Shown here one piece after another: positions 51,369 to 62,428 of a DNA stretch of 64,000 bases. The notes under the pieces are model-generated. The model was not told the origin of the DNA and made no database searches. It saw nothing but the letters and a program-made list of their open reading frames with translations. The stretch is from the NCBI GenBank assembly GCA_963735175.1, contig CAVTJX010000017.1, positions 1,793-65,792 on the forward strand. The letters are read 5' to 3'. Each line of letters opens with the position of its first letter. Position 1 is the first letter of the stretch. The position numbers and the translations under genes were made by a program. The stretch comes from an uncultured bacterium. GTDB lineage: Bacteria > Electryoneota > RPQS01.

Positions 51369-52400
51369 TCAGGCCGGACGCGGGCCAGCCATCCGTTGTT
51401 CATCTGCGGCATCAAGCAACGACTCGCGCGGGGCGGAATCGGGACGGTCAAGAAACAGATGGCTGATCGACTCGTCGATGTGGATGCGGCGAATCGCCTC
51501 GGCAAACAGTTTCGCCGTCGACAGTTTGCGGATCTTGTGGAACAGGTATTCCTTGGGCGTGGGCAGTGTGTCGCAAACCCACATGCATTTGATGGGGCTG
51601 GCTTCAATCCGTTCCACCGCCTTGCCCGAGAACACCGGATGCGTAATGGCCGCGTAAATGTCCAGGCCGCCGCGGTCCTTCAGCATCTCCACCGTGGCGG
51701 CGAAGGTGCCGCCGGTATCGACGATATCATCGACGATCAGACAGTTCTTGCCGCGCACGTCGCCCACAAGGTTCATCGCCACCGCTTTGTTAGGACCGGT
51801 GCGATGCTTGTCGACGACGGCAAAATCCTTGTTCAGGAAATTCGCGTAGAAGCGGGCGAGCCGCGTCGAGCCGACATCGGGAGCCACGATCGACAGATTC
51901 TCTATCGGGTGGATCAGCAGCAAGTCGATGAACAACCGGGAGGCGAAGAGGTGATCCATGGGAATGTTGAAGAATCCCTGGATCTGGGCGGCATGCAGGT
52001 CCATCGTGAGGACACGGTTGGCGCCGGCGGCTTCCAGCAGGTCCGCGACGAGACGCGACGTGATCGCCACGCGGGGGGCATCCTTGCGATCCTGCCGGGC
52101 GTAACCATAGTAGGGAATCACGACCGTGATCCGGCGGGCCGAGGCCCGTTTGGCCGCGTCGATCATGATCAGCAATTCCATCAGATTGTCGGCGGGAGCA
52201 TTCGTCGGCTGGACGATGAAGACGTCGTGGCCGCGGATGTTCTCTTCAAACTGGACGCCAATCTCACCGTCGGAGAAGCGGGTTACGGCGGCCTGACCGA
52301 GAGGAATGCCTAAATGGCGGGAAATCCCTTCGCCCAATGTACGATGGGCCGTCCCGGAAAAGACGCACATTTGGGACAAAGCCGTGGGTCTGACAGTCAT
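51369..52400 (-). CDS. prs: Ribose-phosphate pyrophosphokinase
   Basis: FSGTAHRTLGEGISRHLG...RFSDGEI...VIPYYGYARQDRK...LIVDDIVDTGGT. Confidence 0.95.
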   Translation of the reverse strand: MTVRPTALSQMCVFSGTAHRTLGEGISRHLGIPLGQAAVTRFSDGEIGVQFEENIRGHDVFIVQPTNAPADNLMELLIMIDAAKRASARRITVVIPYYGYARQDRKDAPRVAITSRLVADLLEAAGANRVLTMDLHAAQIQGFFNIPMDHLFASRLFIDLLLIHPIENLSIVAPDVGSTRLARFYANFLNKDFAVVDKHRTGPNKAVAMNLVGDVRGKNCLIVDDIVDTGGTFAATVEMLKDRGGLDIYAAITHPVFSGKAVERIEASPIKCMWVCDTLPTPKEYLFHKIRKLSTAKLFAEAIRRIHIDESISHLFLDRPDSAPRESLLDAADEQRMAGPRPA

Positions 52401-52493
52401 GCGATTGTATCTCCGGCCAACCGAGGTCCAGCCTGTGACCACGATCAAGGTGAGAAATCAGTGGCGATGCCCATGGTGGCACACCGATCCGGC

Positions 52494-52564
52494 TGGGGCG
52501 GAAGGACTCGAACCTCCGAATGCCAGGACCAAAACCTGGTGCCTTACCAACTTGGCTACGCCCC
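52494..52564 (-). tRNA. tRNA-Gln (anticodon UUG)
   Basis: Minus strand GGGGCGTAGCCAAGTTGGTAAGGCACCAGGTTTTGGTCCTGGCATTCGGAGGTTCGAGTCCTTCCGCCCCA. Anticodon stem CCAGG/CCTGG, loop TTTTGGT. Confidence 0.85.
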
Positions 52565-52595
52565 AAACAGCAATACAACCCGCGTCTGCGCGAAC

Positions 52596-52895
52596 TTAGT
52601 CGGCAACGCCGTGACCGGGCGCGTTCGGCAGGACGGCATCCGCTTCAACCATCCGGCGGTACTCGTCCAGAATCTGCGCCTCCAGCATCTGCCTAAATTC
52701 GTTGGAAATCGGATGGGCGATGTCTTTGTACGTCCCGTCTTCCAGCTTGCGGCTGGGCATACAGACGAACAATCCACTCTTTCCCGCGATGACCTTGAGG
52801 CCCCGGACCACGAACACGTCGTCGAACGTGACGTTGACAAAGGCCTTCAATTTGTCCTCATCACGGAGGTTGATGTTGACCTCGGTGATGTTCAT
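52596..52895 (-). CDS. spoVG: Septation protein SpoVG
   Basis: MNITEVNINLRDEDKLKAFVNVTFDDVFVVRGLKVIAGKSGLFVCMPSRK; GGAGGAG RBS. Confidence 0.9.
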   Translation of the reverse strand: MNITEVNINLRDEDKLKAFVNVTFDDVFVVRGLKVIAGKSGLFVCMPSRKLEDGTYKDIAHPISNEFRQMLEAQILDEYRRMVEADAVLPNAPGHGVAD

Positions 52896-52950
52896 GTTGG
52901 CTCCTCCTCGTGCCCTTCCGTGTGATGAGCACAGGGCCGCTGTTCCCGCT

Positions 52951-53884
52951 CTAAGGAGTCGGATAACTGCGCGACCGGTTGGCTGTGCGGCATATTCGCA
53001 CTTGGAACGGCGGCCCAAACTGCTGCGCGGCGTGCATCGCCTGGGTCCGCTCCACGAATAATCCGAAAATTGTCGACCCACTGCCTGAGAGCATAGAGAC
53101 CCCCGCTCCCAGATCAAGCAACTTTTGCTTTACCCAGCCGAAGTTCTGAATATTTTTCTAAAACTATAGATTCCAAATCGTTACGGAAATTCTTCCAACT
53201 CCATGGGCCATTGACCCTGTCTGTTGGACGAGACTTTAAAATAACACTTTTATCATCACCTGTCAAGGGGAATCGTCCCGCTGAGTAGGCCCAGGCCGTG
53301 CTTACACCAAACGGGGGGATCACCAGCACCACGTCACCGCTGGCACAACCTTCCAGTAGTTCCAACTGATCCCCCCGCCCGGTACCGCGCGCCAGCCCTC
53401 CATAGAGGAAAAAGGCACAATCAGAGCCAATTTCAGCGGCAATCGGGTGCAATCGTCCCCGCGGCCAATCCAGCCCCCAGAGCCGCGACAGGCCCATCAG
53501 CGCGATGGCAGCATCCGACGAGCCCCCGCCGAGTCCTCCGCCGAGGGGGATTGCCTTCTCAAGGACCACACGTCCCGCCAGTGGCACTCCGGCCGCACCG
53601 GACAAACGCTGGGCCGCCTGCACAATGAGGTTTGACGGTCCCGTATCCAGCGCCGCACCGTGGATTTCCAGGCTCCACGCAGCCGCCGGATGGAATTCCA
53701 GCCGGTCGGTCAACGAAATTTCCTGAAACAGCGTGTCCAGATCGTGATAGCCGTCGGACCGTTTGCCCAGGACCCGCAGGTCGAGGTTGATTTTCGCCGG
53801 GGCGAGCAACGCAAAACCACCGCCGGGCAGCGGTTCGCAGTCGGGATAGTCTGAGTCGTCGGGAGCGTGACAGGTGGCGCGCAT
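52951..53884 (-). CDS. ispE: 4-diphosphocytidyl-2-C-methyl-D-erythritol kinase, +1 break ~53125-53140
   Basis: LLAPAKINLDLRVLGKRSDGYHDL...KAIPLGGGLGGGSSDAA...NDLE... The C-terminal LDLGAGVSMLSGSGSTIFGLF is found only after a frame change. Confidence 0.85.
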
Positions 53885-53925
53885 GGGCGAGGGAATGCCG
53901 GGAAGGCGAACGGATTCCTGTAGAT

Positions 53926-56267
53926 TTAGAGGAATCCGTTCGCGCCGCAAGGGTCGGAGTCAACAGGAAGGACGAAAGGCCAGGGTACGAATCTCAGGTG
54001 ACTTCCTGATAAGTCGGTGTTCACCGGGCGTTGCTTTCGTTTCGGCTTCTTTTCCGAGCCGTAGTAGTAATAGTACTGGTAGTAATGGAAGTAGTAATAG
54101 TACGAGCCGTAAATCCGCTTGATGTCGAGCCCGTTTAAGACCACTCCCAGAATGCCGGCGCGGACATTTTTCAAGAGCGCCAGCGCGCGCGAAACTTCCT
54201 TGCGGTTGACCGTGCCCGAACTGACGACGAGGATCGTGCCGTCGACGCGCGTCGCCAGCACGGCGGCGTCGGTGACCGCGACCACCGGCGGACTGTCGAG
54301 GATCACGAGGTCGTACCGTGAGCGCGCTTCTTCGATAAAGTTCCGCATGCGCTCCGAAGCGACGAGTTCCGCCGGATTCGGCGGAATGTCGCCCGCGGTG
54401 ATAATGTCGAATTTGTCGACTTCCGTCGGCTTGATCACGTCGTCGAACGCCAGCGATCCGATGAGCACGTTGGTCAGGCCGTAGGTCCGGTCCATCGAGA
54501 AGAAATTGTGCAGCGACGGCCGGCGCAGATCGCTGTCCACCAGCAGCACCCGCGAGCCCGCCTGGGCCAGCGTGATCGCGAGATTAATCGCCGTCGTCGA
54601 CTTGCCTTCCTTCGAGGTCGTCGACGTCATCAGGAGCACGTGCTTCGGGTGGTCGATGTCGGCAAACTGAATATTCGTGCGCAGGCTGCGATACGCTTCG
54701 CTGACGGGCGACTTGGGGGAGAAGCGGGTGATCATCTTCGCTTCCACCCGGTGGAGATCGGCGTCGGTAAACTGCTTGCCCTGTTTCTTCAGCCGGCGGA
54801 TGATCTGTTCCGTATGCACGAGGGGAATCGTGCCCAGCAGCGTCAGTCCCATGCGCTCGATGTCGTCGCCGGTTTTGACGGTGTCGTCCAGGACTTCGAT
54901 GAAGAAGGCGATACCCACGCCCACGGCCAGGCCGAAGAGGATGCCGAGCAGAATATTCAGTTTCTTCTTGGGCCGTACGGGATCGACGGGCGGTTTGGCG
55001 ACGTCCACGATCTGCACTCCGGCCGACTTGCCCGCTTCCGTGATCCGCGACTCCTCATACTTGTCATTCAGCATGAGGTAGAGCTTTTCGTTCAGCTCGC
55101 GGTCGCGCGTCAGGCGTGCCAGCACCAGTGTCTGTTGCGGCAGGCGCTCGAGATTGAAATCCTGGTTTTCCATCACCTGCGCGCAGAGCTTCGACCTTGG
55201 CCGCCAGGGCCTTGACTTCAACGTCGGTAATCAGGAGCTGGTCAAACAACTGCTGGCTGGTGCGCAGCGGATCCACCGTCGACGCGCCGCCGCTCGCCAC
55301 CTTCCGCACTTCCTCGATCAGCTTGCCCTTGATCGTCTCGACTTCCTTTTCGAGGGAAGCCACGGTGACATCGGTTCCCGGACCGGGATTGGCCATCAGG
55401 CTGGCGATGCGCGTCTGCTGGGCGGCGATTTCCTTCTGCATCGCGTCGATCAACGGGCTTGTCGCGTTGGTCACATCCTCGACCATCGTGCCCTTGGTCT
55501 CGGCGAGCTGCTTGCGGAGGTGTTCCTGCTTGCGGATCTGCGCGTTCAGCTCGGTCTGGGTGGTGTTATAGAGGGCGTGGAACTCGGCCGACTGCTGGAC
55601 CATGTTCTCCGTTTCCACGTCGAGAGCCGTTACGCCCTCCTGCTCCTTGTACGTCCGTTCCACGTCCTCCGACTGCGAAAGCTGCTGGCGGACGGTTTCG
55701 AGCTGTTGCTCGAGGAACTGGCGGATATCGGAAACCTCGCCGCGCGCCGCATGCAGGCAGTAGCGGTAATATTGCTCCGCGATGGCGTTGGCGAGAAAGG
55801 CGGCTTCAAAGGGCGAGTGCGCGGTCGTGCTGACCTTCAGAACGTCGGTGTCCTTCAGCAGACTCACGCCGGTGTTCTCGCGCAGTGCGGTCACGCGCTG
55901 ATCGAACGTCACCGGCTTGCCCGTCGGGATCGGTTTCGCGCATGAGTTCGAGTTCGTTGCGATAGGGCGACTCGACCAGGGCGCGGATCACATCTTCGGC
56001 GATGCGGCGGCTTTGCAGGATCTCGATCGCGTTCAGGTTGCGCGATTTGAGAATCGGTTCGGGTTTCTCGTTCAGCAACGTGGTTTCCACGCGGTCGCGA
56101 TCGAGAATCAGGATACTCGCCGTGGAAACGTATTCCGGCCGCGCACGGTAGGTGAGGAACGTGACGGCTCCCACCACGGCCAGAAACGCGGTCACGATGA
56201 TCCAGCGGCCGTGGAAGAGAATGCGGAGAAATTCCGAAAGTTGATGCGAAGTATCTTTGGTTTCCAA
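53926..56267 (-). CDS. Polysaccharide-export tyrosine autokinase (Wzc/GumC-type BY-kinase), two +1 breaks (~55915, ~55175)
   Basis: Wzz-type N-terminal TM/periplasmic coiled-coil domain. Walker A SKEGKSTTAINLA, LVDSDLRRP, LVILDSPPV. C-terminal Tyr cluster YGSYYYYFHYYQYYYYYG. Confidence 0.8.
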
Positions 56268-56294
56268 ATCCGCCCCTTGCGTTACCTTGCGACT

Positions 56295-57411
56295 TCAGCC
56301 CGGACGCCGCGCGTCCGGCTTCGTCACCGTCTCGGATTCCGTCTCGAGCCGATTCGCTCCGCGAAACGTCAGCCCCAGCTTCCAGAAAAAGATTAATCCC
56401 AGCACCGTGAGCGGGATATAGTTCAGCGCGTGCATCAAAATGGCGAATCCCGCCGCCCGGTCGCCGGGCACTTGAAACAGACTCAAGCCCAGCACGGCCA
56501 TCCCGTGATATGTGCCAACCGCGCCAGGCGCGCCGGGAATCGAAAAGCCGATCGTGGTGATCATCAGTGTAACCAGAACCGCGCCAACCGGGTTCCGGTC
56601 AATTAACACGAAGCCCGAATCCATGAAACCCAGCGACTGCAGAATATAATAGTCCATCCCGCCGTAAAGCGCCCAAAGGAGCAGTGAACTGACGCTCAGG
56701 GCCAGCATATGCTCCGAGCGGCCCAGGACGACTAAGCCCGACGTAAACTTCTCCATCAACGCCGCCCCGGCATGGGCTAGACGCGGCGGCAACACGCTGA
56801 GCATTCGCCGGACCATTGCCATACTGCGCTCACGATCCAGGACCAGCCAAATCAGAAAGGCCATGATCGCAAGCCCCACGACGGCCAGCGTCCAGGCCGC
56901 CGCCTGCATCGCTCGCGGCAAGGGAAAGAGGATCAGCGCGGCCGCGAGGTAGGGCAGCATGGAAATCAGATCAGCCATGCGTTCCAAGACGATACTGCCG
57001 AACGCGGCGCTGCGCGAGAGCCCCGACATTTCGTAGACCACGTGTGCGCGGTAGATCTCCCCCATCCGCAGCGGCAGCACATTGTTGGCGAAATAGCCGA
57101 TGGACATGGCGCTGAACACGTTACCGAAACTGATCGGCACGAGCGGCGTCAGCATGATCCGCCAGCGCCACGCCCGCAGGACCAGCGCCGCCAGGAACAG
57201 CACCAGCGCCATGAGCACCGACACCCAACGGGCGGTTGCCAGTACATGCCCGAGGTGCGAAAGATCAAACCGCATATGACCGAAAAACGCTTCGCCCAGC
57301 CCCATCTCGCCATGAAGCAGCGAACCGACGTGCGGAATAAAAAACGTCAGGTAGAGAAAGATCAGACTCAGCCCGAAAGCTGATCACCAGGCGAATCCCA
57401 TGCTTCGACAT
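56295..57411 (-). CDS. Lysylphosphatidylglycerol-synthase-TM-like (UPF0104, flippase-like) membrane protein, +1 break ~57375
   Basis: MSKHGIRLVISF|GLSLIFLYLTFFIPHVG... then ORF 56295..57305 with about 8 TM segments and the RWRIML...GYFANNVLPLRMGE signature. Confidence 0.55.
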
Positions 57412-57416
57412 CGGCC

Positions 57417-58046
57417 CTACCGGCCCGTTCCCGCGCCGTGGAAATCAATCACGTTTTCCGGCGGCACATTCGGAGGCGTGAACAAAGTCGGATCGGGCTG
57501 CACGTTTTCGTCCCAGCGCGTAATCTGATAGCGTAGCGTCGTGCCGTCGGCCTGCAGAAACTCCAACAGCGAGGGAACATCCTCGCGCGCGGGAAACTCG
57601 AGCACGGCGTAGCCTGGCGCCTGCGGATTGCCGGATTCCAGGCGCAGGATGCGCTCACCCGCGGCGCCCACGGTCAACGATTTCGGTTTCAAGCTGCGGC
57701 TCATGTTGAAGAGAATCGTCTCCGGCTGAAAGTCATCCTTCTCGGTGACGCGCTCGCGGATCAGCGTCTGCTGCCCTTTGAGTAACCGCCATTGTTCGTC
57801 ACCGACTTCGCAGAATGTCCATTCCGGGGTGTCGTGCAGAAAGCGGTCCGGCTTGAGCCAGACCATCCGGCCCGAGACGATGTCGTCCCCGCCCCCGTCG
57901 GCGGTTGCTTGATACTGGATTTCCAGCGATTTGAGCGCTTGCAAACGTCGTTCCAGCGCGGAATACAATTGCGCTGCATCCGGTGAAGCGATGGCCGGTA
58001 AGGCTAAAGCGACGAGGAAAAGCGCCGTAACAACTTTAACTTTCAT
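57417..58046 (-). CDS. LolA-like outer-membrane lipoprotein carrier protein
   Basis: Signal peptide MKVKVVTALFLVALALPAIASP...SGRMVWLKPDRFLHDTPEWTFCEVGDEQW. The start overlaps the ftsK end. Confidence 0.55.
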   Translation of the reverse strand: MKVKVVTALFLVALALPAIASPDAAQLYSALERRLQALKSLEIQYQATADGGGDDIVSGRMVWLKPDRFLHDTPEWTFCEVGDEQWRLLKGQQTLIRERVTEKDDFQPETILFNMSRSLKPKSLTVGAAGERILRLESGNPQAPGYAVLEFPAREDVPSLLEFLQADGTTLRYQITRWDENVQPDPTLFTPPNVPPENVIDFHGAGTGR

Positions 58047-60330
58047 GTGGAGCGTCAAAATAGTGTTCGTCGACCAGGACCGCACGTGCCTTGGAACCGT
58101 CAAACGGACCCACAACGCCGGCCCGTTCCAATTGGTCGATCAGCCGGGCGGCACGACTGTAGCCAACCTTCAACCGCCGTTGCAGAATCGAAACGCTGCC
58201 CTGCCCGGTGCGAACGACGATCTTTGCCGCCTCGAGGAAAAAGGGATCACGGTCTGCCGCATCCAATAACAGCGCGCCGCCGCCGCCCTCTTCATCATCC
58301 TCCACCGGCAGCACCAGTTTTTCGCGCGGGGGCCGTTGCTTGCAGATGTGGGAAATCAGCCGCGAAATTTCCGCGCCTGTCAACAGCGCGCCCTGCAAGC
58401 GGATCGGCGCGGGCTCTTCGGGATGCTGAAACAGCATGTCACCCTGTCCGAGTAGCATCTCCGCGCCGTTGGTGTCGAGAATCGTGCGCGAATCCACCTT
58501 CATCGCCACGCGGAATGCAATCCGCGCCGGAAAATTTGCCTTGATGACGCCGGTAATCACATCCACCGAGGGCCGCTGCGTCGCCACAACGAGGTGGATT
58601 CCCACCGCGCGCGCGAGCTGCGCCAGGCGCGCGATGGGCTCCTCAACTTCGCGCTGGGCCGTCACCATCAGGTCGGCGAGTTCGTCGATCACCACCACGA
58701 TATAGGGAAGTGGCTTTTCCTCGCCCTCGCCGGGATCGGCACGAACAAGTTCGTTGTATTCCTTCAGGTGACGCGCGCCGCGCTCGGCCAGCAAATCGTA
58801 GCGGCGTTCCATCTCGATGAGACAGCTCCGCAGAACTTTCACCGCCTCGTCGGGCTTGGTCACCACGTACTCCGACAAATCGGGCCGGTGCGTCACGTGA
58901 TGATTGCGCAGCTCGTTGTAAGCCGCCATTTCCAATTTCTTGGGGTCAATCATCACGAACTGCACATCCTCGGGGGTGTTGCGCAGCATGATCGAGGCGA
59001 TGATCGTGTTCACACACACCGACTTACCGCTGCCCGTCGTCCCCGCGATCAGCAGGTGCGGCAGCGAACCCAGATCGGTGCAGAAAATGTCACCCTGCAC
59101 AGTGCGCCCGAGGGCCACCGTCAGTCGCGAACTGGAATTCTGGTAGTTGGGCGATTCCACCACTTCGCGGTACGTCACGATGGTGGGCTTGGCGTTGGCC
59201 ATTTCTACGCCGACCGCCGCCATTCCGGGGATCGGCGCCTGAATCCGCAAGCCGCGCGCGCGCAAAGCGAGAGCGATGTCGTCGGCCAAGGCCTCAATCC
59301 GCGAGACCTTCACCCCCGGAGCGGGTTCCAAGTCAAAGCGCGTGATGACCGGACCCGGATTGACGCGCACAACCTTCGCCTGCACGCCGAACGTCGCGAG
59401 CGTCTTTTCCAATAGTTCGGAATTGCGCTGCAATTCTTCGGCCGTGATTCCCGTGTCTTGCCCCGGCTTGGGCGAATTGAAGAGATCCAGCGGCGGGAAA
59501 ATATAACCCGTGCGATCCTCAATCTGCATCGCCATCTGCGCGGCGGAACCGGGCTTTTCTTTCTCTTTGCGCGCGAATTTGGGCGATTCGGACATTGCCC
59601 GCACCGGCCCCACGCCATTTCCGCCATCCACTATTGGAGGCTCGACAGGCTGCAAAGGTTGAATCTCAGCATCGGGTTCCGGTCGTGGCTGGCGTTTGAA
59701 CAAGCCGAACATGCGTGTGACCGGAACCGCGGGTAACTTCGTCTGTGCCGCTTTGTCAATCGCGGAATTCACGCGGTGTTCGAACCAGCCCGCGAATCCT
59801 GCCACGGAGAGTGCCAGACCCGTCACGAGCACGAGCAGCAACACGACGACTGCCCCGGTGTGGCCGATGAGAATCGTCAGTCCGCTCGCCGCCCACGCGC
59901 CGAACAGGCCCGAGTGTGGATACGAATCCGCCTGTTTCAAACCCGGCCAGATGTCGCCCGCCAGGCCAAGAAACGCCGATGCCCACAATGTCGCCACCAG
60001 CACCCACACGGTGAGTTCAAACGGTCGCTGCCACGACAACCGCCGTAATAACGTCCAGCCCCAGATGCCAATCACTCCGGCAATCCCGAAGGCCGCCCAG
60101 CGCCCCAACAGAAACGGCCCCAGGCCATGAGCCATCACCGCGCCCAGAAAGCCGACCCAGTTGCGAGCCGGCGCCACTTCGTCCGTGGCAGGCCAGTCGA
60201 GCGGCGAATAGCTGACCAGCGCAAGGAAGATCAGCAACGCGAGGGCCAGCAACGCCAGCCCCCATAAAAACGATGCCGGCGAGGCCGTCTCAGACCGCGC
60301 TGGGCGCGGGCTCGGTGATCGGGCTGCCAT
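58036..60330 (-). CDS. ftsK: DNA translocase FtsK
   Basis: N-terminal TM segments...PHLLIAGTTGSGKSVCVN...VVVIDELADLM...GIHLVVATQRPSVDVITG...gamma domain SVSILQRRLKVGYSRAARLIDQLE. Confidence 0.95.
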   Translation of the reverse strand: MAARSPSPRPARSETASPASFLWGLALLALALLIFLALVSYSPLDWPATDEVAPARNWVGFLGAVMAHGLGPFLLGRWAAFGIAGVIGIWGWTLLRRLSWQRPFELTVWVLVATLWASAFLGLAGDIWPGLKQADSYPHSGLFGAWAASGLTILIGHTGAVVVLLLVLVTGLALSVAGFAGWFEHRVNSAIDKAAQTKLPAVPVTRMFGLFKRQPRPEPDAEIQPLQPVEPPIVDGGNGVGPVRAMSESPKFARKEKEKPGSAAQMAMQIEDRTGYIFPPLDLFNSPKPGQDTGITAEELQRNSELLEKTLATFGVQAKVVRVNPGPVITRFDLEPAPGVKVSRIEALADDIALALRARGLRIQAPIPGMAAVGVEMANAKPTIVTYREVVESPNYQNSSSRLTVALGRTVQGDIFCTDLGSLPHLLIAGTTGSGKSVCVNTIIASIMLRNTPEDVQFVMIDPKKLEMAAYNELRNHHVTHRPDLSEYVVTKPDEAVKVLRSCLIEMERRYDLLAERGARHLKEYNELVRADPGEGEEKPLPYIVVVIDELADLMVTAQREVEEPIARLAQLARAVGIHLVVATQRPSVDVITGVIKANFPARIAFRVAMKVDSRTILDTNGAEMLLGQGDMLFQHPEEPAPIRLQGALLTGAEISRLISHICKQRPPREKLVLPVEDDEEGGGGALLLDAADRDPFFLEAAKIVVRTGQGSVSILQRRLKVGYSRAARLIDQLERAGVVGPFDGSKARAVLVDEHYFDAPHES

Positions 60331-61093
60331 CGGCCTTATATCCTCGAATTTTACCTTCCACGACCATGGGAACGACGAGATTGGTGTCCATCCGCGCGCA
60401 GTAGTCGATATCGGCTTCACTGCCCAGAGTCGCCAGGTACTGCCCGTGACTGCTGGTCTTTAACAGCGTCGGAATGCTGCCGTCGAAATGGCGGTGAAGC
60501 TGCGCCGCGGCGCGCGCGCCGTCGTTCAGCACCGTCCCGCGTTTCAACCTCGTTTCGAGCGCGTTGACAAACTTCCCGCCGGCGACAAAATCTTCGATCG
60601 CAAACTGTTCGAGCTTGCCCGCGCAAAGAATCACGACGGGACGCTCGTCCTTCACCACCCGTTTCACCACCGCGCCGAAGTTATTGAAGCAGCCGATGTA
60701 CACCCGGTCGGCGGAGCGGGCGCGCAGAATCGCCGCCGTGCCGTTGGTCGACGTGTAGATTAGAATCCGGCCGCCGACGCGTTCGGCGGAATACTCGAAC
60801 GGCGAGTTGCCGAGGTCAAAGCCGTCGATCTTGCGACCTTCGCGCTCGCCGCAGAGTAAACTGGCGCTGCGGCCGGAGCGGCCCGCCAGTTTGCCGCCCT
60901 CGGCGGGCGTGCCCACGGGAATCACTTCCTTCGCGCCATTGGCGAGCGCCGTGGCGATGGTGGACGACGAACGCAGGATGTCCACGACCACCACGGAACA
61001 GCCACGGAGATCGTCATCCGTTACTTCGCGCGGCGAAGTAAAGAGCTTGATCTCCAGCGGCGGGAGATCGGCGGCTTTGTCTTTCGGTTTCAT
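60290..61093 (-). CDS. comB: 2-phosphosulfolactate phosphatase family protein
   Basis: VVVVDILRSSSTIATALANGAKEVIPV...GEREGRKIDGFDLGNSP...TNGT; ComB family signature recalled. Confidence 0.7.
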   Translation of the reverse strand: MKPKDKAADLPPLEIKLFTSPREVTDDDLRGCSVVVVDILRSSSTIATALANGAKEVIPVGTPAEGGKLAGRSGRSASLLCGEREGRKIDGFDLGNSPFEYSAERVGGRILIYTSTNGTAAILRARSADRVYIGCFNNFGAVVKRVVKDERPVVILCAGKLEQFAIEDFVAGGKFVNALETRLKRGTVLNDGARAAAQLHRHFDGSIPTLLKTSSHGQYLATLGSEADIDYCARMDTNLVVPMVVEGKIRGYKADGSPITEPAPSAV

Positions 61094-62200
61094 TCAGTAC
61101 GGGCGCTGATAAAAGGGCGTCTTGACAACCGTGGCGCCAAACACGCGGCCGCGGCTGTCCATTTTGAGGGTGCTGCCGACAGTGCTGAGTTCCGTGGGTA
61201 CATAACCCATGGCAATGCCTTTATTGAGGACCGGCGAAACCGTACCCGAGGTTACGACACCGACGGGCTGCGCGGAGCCGTTGGGGCTGAGCAACGTGTA
61301 ACCGTGACGCGGGAATCCCGGGTTTTCGATTTCCAGCCCTACCAGCTTGCGCTTCAGGCCGTCCGCTTTCAACTTCAGCAGCACGTCGCGGGCGATGAAG
61401 TCGCCTTTGTTCAGCTTGGTGATCCAGCCGAGCCCGGCTTCCAGCGGATTGGTGGTTTCGTCGATGTCGTTCCCGTAGAGCGCCATCTTCATCTCGAGGC
61501 GCAGCGAATCGCGCGCACCGAGGCCGATAGGTTCCACGTGGTATTCCTTGCCCGCGGTGAACAGCGCGTTCCACAGCGTGACGGCGCCGGTGTTGGGGTG
61601 ATAAAGTTCAAAGCCGTCTTCGCCGGTGTAGCCGGTGCGCGAGATGATGCAGGGCACGCCAGCCACGTCGCCTTCGGTAAACCAGTAATACTTGATCTGC
61701 GACAGGTCCGTTTTCGTCAGCTTCTGAATGAGCTTGGCCGCGTCCGGCCCCTGCACCGCGAGCAGCGTGATGTCGTCGGTGGCGTCTTTCATCTGCGCGT
61801 CGCCGCGCAGATTTTTCTGCAGCCACGCCCAGTCCTTATCGTGGTTTGAGCCATTTACCACGAGCAGAAGCTTGTCGGGAAAGCGGTAGACCAACAGATC
61901 GTCAACGATGCCACCGTGCGGCAAACACATACAGGAATACTGCACCTGGCCATTCGCCAGCGCTTTCACATCGTTGACGGTCGCGTAATCGACGAAGGCT
62001 TCACGGTCTTTGCCGGTGACGAAAAATTCGCCCATGTGCGAGACGTCGAAAATACCTACGGTATTGCGCACACGCAAATGCTCGGCGCGAATCGAGGCGT
62101 ATTGAATCGGCATTTCGTAGCCGGCGAACTCAACCAGCTTGGCACCCAATTGCCGATGGATTTCAGTCAGGGCGGTGCGTTTCACAGGATCTGTCTCCAA
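61094..62200 (-). CDS. gcvT: Glycine cleavage system aminomethyltransferase T
   Basis: TALTEIHRQLGAKLVEFAGYEMPIQYASIRAEHLRVRNTVGIFDVSHMGEF...ISRTGYTGEDGFEL; TTG start. Confidence 0.95.
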   Translation of the reverse strand: METDPVKRTALTEIHRQLGAKLVEFAGYEMPIQYASIRAEHLRVRNTVGIFDVSHMGEFFVTGKDREAFVDYATVNDVKALANGQVQYSCMCLPHGGIVDDLLVYRFPDKLLLVVNGSNHDKDWAWLQKNLRGDAQMKDATDDITLLAVQGPDAAKLIQKLTKTDLSQIKYYWFTEGDVAGVPCIISRTGYTGEDGFELYHPNTGAVTLWNALFTAGKEYHVEPIGLGARDSLRLEMKMALYGNDIDETTNPLEAGLGWITKLNKGDFIARDVLLKLKADGLKRKLVGLEIENPGFPRHGYTLLSPNGSAQPVGVVTSGTVSPVLNKGIAMGYVPTELSTVGSTLKMDSRGRVFGATVVKTPFYQRPY

Positions 62201-62222
62201 AAGTTACGGGGGTAAGCTGTGT

Positions 62223-62251
62223 AGTATAGCAATTTTAGGCCAATTCAGCAA
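62223..62251 (-). promoter_or_regulatory. Promoter: TTGCTG-17-TATACT upstream of gcvT
   Basis: Minus strand cTTGCTGaattggcctaaaattgcTATACTacac. The -10 element ends 22 nt before the TTG start. No SD. Confidence 0.5.
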
Positions 62252-62394
62252 GTTTCCCCCCTGCCCGGCCTTTATCTACTATTCTATTGACAATTATTGA
62301 TTAAGCTAAACACCACCGCCTCAAACGGCCCTCGCGCCGGAAAACTTTCTGCCGGGGAGTCATTACCCTATATGCACACTTCTGGACCCACATG

Positions 62395-62428
62395 CCCAAA
62401 AAGACAGGGCGAATCCCCGATTCGCCCT
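62395..62428 (-). terminator. Rho-independent terminator (minus strand)
   Basis: Minus strand AGGGCGAATC-ggg-GATTCGCCCT followed by GTCTTTTTGG. Confidence 0.75.

Noticed and set aside
62201-62400. Glycine riboswitch expected upstream of gcvT
   Set aside because: The gcvT leader after the predicted -10 element is only ~20 nt. I could not find the GGAGAG / ACCGAAGGGGCAA / CUCAGGC-type conserved blocks on the minus strand.
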